DNA of 64,000 nt, taken from contig JANNSJ010000049.1 of NCBI GenBank assembly GCA_031402435.1, positions 3,133 to 67,132 on the forward strand. The letters run 5' to 3'. Position numbers and translations under genes: made by a program. Position 1 is the first letter of the stretch. The number at the start of each line of letters is the position of its first letter. Shown here piece after piece: positions 57,169 through 64,000 of the stretch. Below the pieces are notes generated by a model, which saw only the letters and a program-made list of their open reading frames with translations, was not told the DNA's origin and ran no database searches. Origin of the DNA: Bacteroidota bacterium. Lineage in GTDB: Bacteria > Bacteroidota > Ignavibacteria > UBA10030 > UBA6906.

Positions 57169-58350
57169 TCAGTGAATTCGTTCAACAATCATTCCGCCCG
57201 CTTCACCGCCCCCGATACAGATTGCTGCCATTCCCCTCTTCGCGTTTCGCTGCTCCATCGCGTGAAGAAGAGTGACAAGAATGCGTGCACCACTTGCACC
57301 CAATGGGTGTCCCAATGCAATGGCTCCACCGTTGACGTTCACTTTGTTGACGTCAATACCCAGCGCTCTGTTGACGACAAGCGTTACAACTGCGAACGCT
57401 TCGTTTATTTCGAAGAGATCAATATCCTCAAGTTTGAGTTTTGCTTTATCGAGTACCTTTTTGATAACGTCGGTCGGAGCCGTGGTAAACCAAAGCGGTT
57501 CCTTGGCGAATGCACCATACGCCACAATTCTAGCGAGAGGTTTCAGTCCCTTCTCCTTTGCGTGTTGCGCTGACGTAATGACCAACGCAGCGGCGCCATC
57601 ACTAATCTTGGAAGCATTCGCCGCGGTAACGGTCCCGTTCTTCTCGAATGCCGGTTTCAACTTCGGGATCTTGTCAAAATTCGTCTTTACAGGATCTTCG
57701 TCGTCCAGGATGAGGGTGTTGTCTCCCTTCGTTCCTTCAAGTTCCACTCCGACAATCTCTTTTTGAAATCGTCCGAGTTTCTGGGATTCCTGGGCACGCT
57801 TGTAACTCATGATAGCGAATTCGTCCTGCGCTTCGCGGGGTATGTTGCATTCCTTCGCGCATAACTCAGCGGCATTGCCCATCAGCGAATTGTCATAGGC
57901 ATCAAGCAGCCCGTCTTTCAACATTGCGTCAATAAGCTCAGCGTTACCCATTTTGTACCCGCCCCGTGCTTTCTCCAGGAGATATGGAGCATTGGACATA
58001 CTCTCCATACCGCCTGCAACAATCGTCTGTGCGTCATCAAGAGCGATCGCCTGCGCTGCCAGCATCACGGCCTTCAACCCGGAACCGCACACCTTGTTGA
58101 CAGTCAAACATTCGACAGATTTTGGAAGGCCGGCGAACAGGGCTGCCTGACGTGCTGGCGCCTGGCCAACGCCCGCAGAGATGACATTCCCCATGATTAC
58201 TTCGTTGACTTCATCATCTGTAAGGCCGGAGCGCTTCATCGCTTCGCGGATGGCAATTGCACCCAATCTGGGTGCGGAGAGAGAGCTCAGAGTTCCACGA
58301 AAAGCGCCTATCGGTGTACGACATGCACTTGCGATAACAACTTCATTCAT
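57169..58350 (-). CDS. Acetyl-CoA C-acetyltransferase (thiolase II)
   Basis: [17 protein letters not shown] ... [10 protein letters not shown] ... C-terminal GGGEAGGM-type motif. Confidence 0.9.
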   Translation of the reverse strand: MNEVVIASACRTPIGAFRGTLSSLSAPRLGAIAIREAMKRSGLTDDEVNEVIMGNVISAGVGQAPARQAALFAGLPKSVECLTVNKVCGSGLKAVMLAAQAIALDDAQTIVAGGMESMSNAPYLLEKARGGYKMGNAELIDAMLKDGLLDAYDNSLMGNAAELCAKECNIPREAQDEFAIMSYKRAQESQKLGRFQKEIVGVELEGTKGDNTLILDDEDPVKTNFDKIPKLKPAFEKNGTVTAANASKISDGAAALVITSAQHAKEKGLKPLARIVAYGAFAKEPLWFTTAPTDVIKKVLDKAKLKLEDIDLFEINEAFAVVTLVVNRALGIDVNKVNVNGGAIALGHPLGASGARILVTLLHAMEQRNAKRGMAAICIGGGEAGGMIVERIH

Positions 58351-58502
58351 TTCACATCTCAGATTTTTCCAGCGGAAGAGGAACAGTGTGGCAATGCATG
58401 GTACGTGAATATGAGCAAAAAGGCAAGAAGAACTTCTTGTTACAAAACAGGAATGCCCCCGGATCGTGGGGGGCATTCGCAAGGAATCATACTTTCTACA
58501 AA

Positions 58503-59756
58503 TCAACTGTTCATCAGTTTCAGGAATTCCTTGTTGGACTTCGTGCCCCGCATCTTGTCCATCAGGAAGTCCATTGCATCGACAGGATTGAAATCGGAGA
58601 GCAGTTTCCTCAACACCCATACGCGACTGAGATCGTCCGAACTCATCAGCAGTTCTTCCTTGCGTGTGCCCGAGCGATTGACATCCATCGCAGGGAAAAT
58701 CCTCTTATCACTGAGCTTGCGGTCAAGCACGATTTCCATATTGCCCGTGCCCTTGAATTCTTCGAAGATGACTTCATCCATTCTGCTGCCGGTCTCAATA
58801 AGCGCCGTGGCGATGATCGTAAGACTTCCGCCCTCTTCAATGTTCCTTGCCGCCCCAAAGAAGCGTTTCGGCTTGTGCAGCGCGTTGGCATCCACACCGC
58901 CGGAGAGAATCTTTCCCGAATGCGGCACCACGGTGTTATGCGCACGGGCAAGGCGAGTAATACTATCAAGCAGGATGACGACATCCCGTTTCGCTTCAAC
59001 CAAACGCTTTGCCTTTTCGAGTACCATGTCGGAGACCTGAACGTGTCGTTCTGGCGGCTCATCGAAGGTTGAACTTACTACTTCGGCATTCACCGATCGT
59101 TCCATATCTGTCACTTCTTCCGGGCGCTCATCAATCAAAAGAACGATGAGTTTTACTTCTGCATGGTTCCGGGAAATGCTGTTCGCTATTTTCTGGAGAA
59201 GGATGGTCTTTCCTGCCTTTGGCGGCGACACGATCATACCACGCTGACCTTTGCCGATAGGCGTAAGGAGATCCATGATACGCATGGAGTATTCACCCGG
59301 GGCGGTCTCCAACCTCAACGCAGAGTTCGCATAGAGCGGCGTCAGGTTGTCAAACAACACACGCTCGCGAATCGTCTCCGGATTCTCATCGTTCACGGCC
59401 TCCACTCTCAACAGTGCAAAGAACCGCTCGCCCTCCTTGGGAGGTCTCACTTGGCCGCTGACAGTATCACCCGTCCTCAGGTTGAATTTCTTGATCTGCG
59501 AAGGAGAAACGTAGATGTCATCGGGGGATGGAAGATAGTTGTAGTCCACTGACCGAAGGAACCCGTAGCCATCGGGTAGGACTTCAAGCACACCCCGGCT
59601 GAAGGTGAGTCCTCCCTGCTCAGTCTGAGCTTCGAGGATTTTGAATATCAATTCCTGTTTCCGAAGATCACTATAGCCGGCGATGTTCAGATCCTTGGCG
59701 ATCTGATTCAACTCCGCGATCTTCTTCGACTTTAGTTCAGAGATGTCCATGCTCAT
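58503..59756 (-). CDS. rho: Transcription termination factor Rho
   Basis: N-terminal RNA-binding domain, Walker A/B, RecA-like core. Confidence 0.9.
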   Translation of the reverse strand: MSMDISELKSKKIAELNQIAKDLNIAGYSDLRKQELIFKILEAQTEQGGLTFSRGVLEVLPDGYGFLRSVDYNYLPSPDDIYVSPSQIKKFNLRTGDTVSGQVRPPKEGERFFALLRVEAVNDENPETIRERVLFDNLTPLYANSALRLETAPGEYSMRIMDLLTPIGKGQRGMIVSPPKAGKTILLQKIANSISRNHAEVKLIVLLIDERPEEVTDMERSVNAEVVSSTFDEPPERHVQVSDMVLEKAKRLVEAKRDVVILLDSITRLARAHNTVVPHSGKILSGGVDANALHKPKRFFGAARNIEEGGSLTIIATALIETGSRMDEVIFEEFKGTGNMEIVLDRKLSDKRIFPAMDVNRSGTRKEELLMSSDDLSRVWVLRKLLSDFNPVDAMDFLMDKMRGTKSNKEFLKLMNS

Positions 59757-59975
59757 GGATAAAACCTTTCAGGTGAGATTCCCCTTGTTGGAAATGCCAA
59801 AGCGGCTGCCCGACGAATAATGGAGGGAAAAAGATAACTCGTTAAGAATTAATCGTTGGATTGAGTGTCTGAGACTGGTTGATGAGTTTGGAACAGGTGG
59901 TGAATCTGAGAGCTACCGCAGCTTCCTCTTTTGTCAGATCTGACACCTGAAATATACACTTAAGACCCAATATTG

Positions 59976-61397
59976 TCAAGCTTTTTTACGAAGGGCAAAT
60001 TCCAGCGCCTCTCCGACAACATAGTGCGAGCCTGTCACAATGATTGGCTCTGAATGATGAACATCTTTTCCGGCCAGCTTCAAACCCTCCCGGACCGTTC
60101 CGCCGAGCCTGGCCTGAATCCCCTTGCTGCGAATATATCTATACAGCATTCGGGCGCTCAACGAACGCTTTACCCTTGGAGAAACAGCAACAATGGCGGT
60201 TGCAATTCGCTTTAGCTGACTGACAATGGCAGGGTAGTCCTTATCTTTCATAACACCGAAGACCACGATAAGGTTTTTGTGGCCAAGCGCCCGAAGAGCA
60301 TTAACGAGGCTGCGAATGCCTGGCGGATTGTGGGCGACATCCATGATATACCGCGGTTTCCTTCCAAATGTTTCAAGGCGACCATGCAGACCAGTATTGC
60401 GAACTACATTGATCAGCCCGCGTCGAACCGAGGCGGTATTAACCCGGCTAATATTGGAACGAAGCGCCGGATCATTCTTTAAGACCTGGATCGTTGCAAG
60501 GGCAAGGCGGGCATTCAAGAACTGATGCGGCCCGGCAAGACCAAGACTACTATTCGGAATAGAAAATGAGCGTGATTGAAAGCTCACCCTGCTGCTTCCG
60601 GAATCGATCCTCTGCTTGACAACATTTGAAGCCTTGTGGAAAGGGGAATCATTTTTCTTTGCAATTCGCTGAAAGACCTTGAGCGCTTTGGGATCTTCCG
60701 ATCCGGTCACTAACGGCGTCATGGGCTTGATGATCCCTCCTTTCTCTTTTGCAATGGAGCGAATGGTCTTTCCCAGAATATCGGTGTGATCGAGGCCCAC
60801 GTTGGTGATGACACTCGCAAGAGGAGTCAGAACATTCGTGGAATCAAGCCTCCCACCCAGTCCTGCTTCGACGATTGCGACGTCGACACCTTCATCGGCG
60901 AAGTATTGAAATGCGATGCACGTTGTCGCTTCAAAGAACGTGGCATGAACCTCCTCGATTGCCTGTCGTAGCGTCTTCGCATAGTCAACAAGTCTCCGTT
61001 CCGGAATCTCCCGCCCGTTGATACGGATGCGTTCCGTAAACCTTACGAGATGAGGAGATGTGTAGAGCGCGGTTGCATAGCCTGCTTCCATTGCGATGGA
61101 CGCAAGGAATGCAGACGTTGACCCCTTTCCGTTTGTGCCCGCTATATGGATGGAAGCAAATCGGGTTTCGGGATTACCTGCAGAGTCCAACAAATGTCTC
61201 ATGTTGCGGAGGCCGAACTTCATTCCGCGACTTTGCAGACCGTAGAGATACTTGAGTGTTGCGGAATACGAGTTCACTGAATCATACGGAGAATTGTACA
61301 ACGTGGTGCTACAACCAGGTGTCCACGACCGACACACCGGCTTTTGCATCAAGACAACCAACAAGTGAACCGGTATCGGCGATGGAATGGTCTTCAC
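59976..61397 (-). CDS. folC: Bifunctional folylpolyglutamate synthase/dihydrofolate synthase (start uncertain)
   Basis: YLYGLQSRGMKFGL ... HIAGTNGKGS P-loop. The upstream part overlaps the pyrD 3' end, so the true start is probably an internal Met or GTG. Confidence 0.8.
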   Translation of the reverse strand: MKTIPSPIPVHLLVVLMQKPVCRSWTPGCSTTLYNSPYDSVNSYSATLKYLYGLQSRGMKFGLRNMRHLLDSAGNPETRFASIHIAGTNGKGSTSAFLASIAMEAGYATALYTSPHLVRFTERIRINGREIPERRLVDYAKTLRQAIEEVHATFFEATTCIAFQYFADEGVDVAIVEAGLGGRLDSTNVLTPLASVITNVGLDHTDILGKTIRSIAKEKGGIIKPMTPLVTGSEDPKALKVFQRIAKKNDSPFHKASNVVKQRIDSGSSRVSFQSRSFSIPNSSLGLAGPHQFLNARLALATIQVLKNDPALRSNISRVNTASVRRGLINVVRNTGLHGRLETFGRKPRYIMDVAHNPPGIRSLVNALRALGHKNLIVVFGVMKDKDYPAIVSQLKRIATAIVAVSPRVKRSLSARMLYRYIRSKGIQARLGGTVREGLKLAGKDVHHSEPIIVTGSHYVVGEALEFALRKKA

Positions 61398-62253
61398 AGT
61401 AACGCCGAATGCCTTCCGCTATCTTGATTCCTGCCGCCGGGTCGACGAAGTTCGCAGTACCAACCTGCACAGCGGTTGCACCCACCATCAGAAATTCCAA
61501 CGCATCATTCGTGTTTACAATGCCTCCAATACCGAGGATGGGAATCTTGACAGCGCGGGCAGTCTCGTAGACTTTAGCAAGGGCAATAGGTTTGATTGCC
61601 GGCCCGGACAAACCACCGGTCACTGTTGAAAGCATCGGCTTTCGCGTCCTCACATCAACCGCCATCCCGATGAGCGTGTTGATGACGGAAACCGCATCAG
61701 CGCCAGCAGATTCAACAGCACGCGCAAACTCGGCAATATGGGTCACGTTTGGAGTAAGCTTGAGGATCAATGGCTTCTTCGTCCGTGAACGAAGCCTGCG
61801 GGTGATTTCTTCCGTCAATTTGCAATTCGTGCCGAAGCTGAGTCCACCTTCCTTCACGTTCGGACACGACACATTGATCTCATACCCATCCACCCCTTCA
61901 TGGGATTCCAGTTCATCAAGCACTGCGCAATATTCATCGATGGTGCTTGCGGCAATGTTGGCGATGACAACAGCATCCACGGTACGCAGGAACGGCAACT
62001 TCTCGGTCACGAACCGCGTTACGCCGATATTTGCCAGTCCTATGGAGTTGAGCATACCGCCGGCAGTTTCAACGATTCGTGCTGGTGGATTTCCATCGCG
62101 GGGTTTGAGCGAAAGAGACTTCGTGATGATACCGCCGAGTTGATTGACGTCTGCCAGGTCAAGACATTCGTCGCCATAACCGTATGTCCCCGAAGCAACC
62201 AGGACACGGTTCTTGAATACCACACTGCCAATGTTGAACGACGTCCGCAGCAT
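61309..62253 (-). CDS. pyrD: Dihydroorotate dehydrogenase catalytic subunit (class 1B)
   Basis: FKNRVLVASGTYGYG ... NTLIGMAVD. Confidence 0.85.
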   Translation of the reverse strand: MLRTSFNIGSVVFKNRVLVASGTYGYGDECLDLADVNQLGGIITKSLSLKPRDGNPPARIVETAGGMLNSIGLANIGVTRFVTEKLPFLRTVDAVVIANIAASTIDEYCAVLDELESHEGVDGYEINVSCPNVKEGGLSFGTNCKLTEEITRRLRSRTKKPLILKLTPNVTHIAEFARAVESAGADAVSVINTLIGMAVDVRTRKPMLSTVTGGLSGPAIKPIALAKVYETARAVKIPILGIGGIVNTNDALEFLMVGATAVQVGTANFVDPAAGIKIAEGIRRYCEDHSIADTGSLVGCLDAKAGVSVVDTWL

Positions 62254-62256
62254 ACC

Positions 62257-63024
62257 CTACAGTTTGATTTTTTTCATGTCAAAGGTGGGACCATCCTTGC
62301 ACATCAACGCGTACCGTTTCTCCTCACCAACAAGCTCTACGGGACAGCCCTGACAAATCCCAAAGCCGCACCCCATTGGGCCTTCGAGGGATGCTTCGCA
62401 GAGAATATTATTCTCGAGAACATACGTTTGCAATGCGCGCAGCATAGGAGTTGGACCGCAGGCGAAAATCTTAGGCCTTGGATATGTACCGGACGACAAT
62501 ATCTGCTTTGCAAGATCAACAGCGTTGCCATGAAATCCCTTTGACCCATCATCCGTCGCTATGTTTACATGTTGAAGATGCTGGTCAACGATGATGGAAG
62601 CACTACGGGCCCCAAGAAATGTAACGATCTGTTTACCGGTTTTCATCAGTTCGCGGGTTGCCATTGGCAACGGTGCAACACCCAGCCCACCACCGATAAG
62701 CACTGCGGTCTCAAAGTCATTTCCGTACAAGGTAAAGGGGACGCCAAGAGGGCCGAGCACATCAATGGTCTCGCCCGCGCGCTTCTTTCGAAGGACGGCT
62801 GTTCCCTTTCCAATAACATTGAAGATGATCTGTACGCCTTCACCTTGTGTGTAATACACACTGAAGGGGCGGCGCAACAAAGGCTCGATGCCCTCATCCG
62901 TTTTCACGTTCACGAACTGCCCCGGTGCAATGGAAGTACTTATACTCTTTGAAACAAACGTAAGCACGTAGACATTATCTGCTACCTGCTCAACAGTCTC
63001 GACGGGGCAACGCTCTTGAATCAT
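62257..63024 (-). CDS. pyrK: Dihydroorotate dehydrogenase electron-transfer subunit
   Basis: FAD/NAD-binding fold. C-terminal 2Fe-2S cysteines CGFGICQGC. Confidence 0.8.
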   Translation of the reverse strand: MIQERCPVETVEQVADNVYVLTFVSKSISTSIAPGQFVNVKTDEGIEPLLRRPFSVYYTQGEGVQIIFNVIGKGTAVLRKKRAGETIDVLGPLGVPFTLYGNDFETAVLIGGGLGVAPLPMATRELMKTGKQIVTFLGARSASIIVDQHLQHVNIATDDGSKGFHGNAVDLAKQILSSGTYPRPKIFACGPTPMLRALQTYVLENNILCEASLEGPMGCGFGICQGCPVELVGEEKRYALMCKDGPTFDMKKIKL

Positions 63025-63036
63025 CAGGTTGGGATT

Positions 63037-63984
63037 CTACTCTTTTTTACCCTGTTCTGAAGGTATGGTGGGAACATCCTGCTTATGGAGATCAAGGGGT
63101 TTGTCTGTCTTATCTGATTTGCCGCGGATCTTTAAAGAATCGCCCGGTGCAGATGTCGAATCCTGAAGAGATGGTACGGGAGCTTTCTTGCTGATGTCAT
63201 ACTCATCAACTTTCGGTTTTGCGATTGCTGCATAGCGCGAACCCGGGTACAGCGAAACCAATGTTCTGTAATTTGCAATAGCGCTATCGGGTTGGAAATC
63301 CACGCGTTCATAAATCCATCCAAGTGCATACTGCGCCTTTGAAGCAATGGGCGAGGTTGGGTATTTCCGGACGATAATTCTCATTGTATCACCTGCAGCA
63401 CCGGCATTGCCTGCACTCAGGAGTCCTTCTGCGCGGGCATAGGATGCCTCCGCCGGGTCTGCGATCTTTGTTTTAATTGGCATACCAAGAATCCTTCCCG
63501 CCTCCGGTGCAAACTCCGAATCGGGAAAGCGGCCAACAATTTCCCTGTAGAGTGAATCTGATGCGATACGGGAACGCGTCGTATCCTGACTGTAGATCTG
63601 GGCAAGAGTGAAAAGGGCTCGCGGCGCTTGAGGACTTCCGGGATGATCTCGGAGCAACGCCCGGTACCACTTTTCGGCGGAATCCGGAAGACTCATCGTC
63701 GTATAGAACAATGCTGCCAGTTCCGTTTTGCTATATGCAAGCCGGGCATTGGCCGAGTCAAGCGTAATGCTTGGCAGTGCCGGAACGCGAACGATTGCGC
63801 TGTCCGGTCTCCTGCCGTTAGCGAGTCGTACACTTGCTGAGTCCCCGACAGGAAGCAGAGGTGAGGGAACGCGTCGACCTGTGCTGTCCCTGTTTCTGCC
63901 ATTGGCGAACCTCACTGCCGAGTCAGGTATTGCTGGCGGTTGCTGGGTGAGATGGGCAAGAGACGTGTCCGCCCGGTTGTGCAT
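63037..63984 (-). CDS. Tetratricopeptide-repeat protein (YbgF/BamD-like TPR; N-terminus may lie beyond the window)
   Basis: TPR-like helical repeats (AQYALGWIYERV..., ALFTLAQIYSQD...). Confidence 0.55.
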   Translation of the reverse strand: MHNRADTSLAHLTQQPPAIPDSAVRFANGRNRDSTGRRVPSPLLPVGDSASVRLANGRRPDSAIVRVPALPSITLDSANARLAYSKTELAALFYTTMSLPDSAEKWYRALLRDHPGSPQAPRALFTLAQIYSQDTTRSRIASDSLYREIVGRFPDSEFAPEAGRILGMPIKTKIADPAEASYARAEGLLSAGNAGAAGDTMRIIVRKYPTSPIASKAQYALGWIYERVDFQPDSAIANYRTLVSLYPGSRYAAIAKPKVDEYDISKKAPVPSLQDSTSAPGDSLKIRGKSDKTDKPLDLHKQDVPTIPSEQGKKE

Positions 63985-64000
63985 ACTGTCAATCGTTGAA

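Noticed and set aside
58386-59072. 228-aa and 211-aa plus-strand ORFs
   Set aside because: Antisense to rho, which is highly conserved. These are typical shadow ORFs in a GC-balanced gene.
61592-62544. Two plus-strand ORFs of 183 and 214 aa
   Set aside because: Antisense to pyrD and pyrK, which have clear motifs. Shadow ORFs.

Overview
This 64 kb window is a gene-dense, mostly housekeeping chromosomal region of roughly 50% GC. It probably comes from a bacterium of the Fibrobacteres-Chlorobi-Bacteroidetes (FCB) group, such as a Chlorobi-, Ignavibacteria- or Bacteroidota-like lineage. The pointers are three proteins with type IX secretion system (T9SS, Por) C-terminal sorting domains, a petC-petB Rieske/cytochrome b pair, the bacillithiol deacetylase BshB1 and a BamD lipoprotein. 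About 60 CDS are supportable. I found no transposase, integrase, phage genes or CRISPR array. Two RNA genes are clear on the minus strand: a one-piece tmRNA (ssrA, whose tag reading frame ends ...ADYNYALAA*) and a tRNA-Lys(CUU). Protein-coding content, in window order: a TolB-like PD40 beta-propeller, a Rof-like Rho-binding protein, a periplasmic peroxiredoxin and an SDR oxidoreductase, then a T9SS cargo protein, GatB/YqeY, MutS2, a biotin carboxylase with its biotin carrier protein, and PurL. A minus-strand block then holds a small membrane protein, cytochrome b, the Rieske protein, a lipid kinase and DapF, followed by a LOG-family protein, a hypothetical, YgfZ, SecG, RibE/RibD, a Gfo/Idh/MocA oxidoreductase, Dxs, XseB/XseA, a TonB-dependent receptor and BshB1. 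After that come a complete cytochrome c maturation System I operon (ccmABCDEF), an HExxH protein and an FG-GAP protein, an acyl-CoA thioesterase, BamD, CapA, glutamate dehydrogenase, a C-N hydrolase, and a response regulator with an 1822-aa PAS/GAF sensor kinase. The window ends with a TPM/LemA pair, a second CapA, four tandem small outer-membrane beta-barrel paralogs, a butyryl-CoA-type dehydrogenase / 3-hydroxyacyl-CoA dehydrogenase / thiolase operon, Rho, FolC, PyrD/PyrK and a TPR protein. The most interesting observations are: (1) CcmE carries the rare CXXXY motif, with Cys in place of the heme-binding His, and there is no ccmG or ccmH after ccmF; this is the variant System I described in archaea and Desulfovibrio. 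(2) ccmA is joined by ATGA start/stop overlaps to a T9SS-sorted HExxH metalloprotease-like protein and an FG-GAP repeat protein. (3) The response regulator carries a HisKA-like domain whose phospho-accepting His is replaced by Asn, and sits next to the giant multi-PAS kinase. (4) Four small OMP beta-barrel paralogs lie immediately upstream of the acyl-CoA operon. I found no self-contained novel defense-type system; the region looks like core genome.
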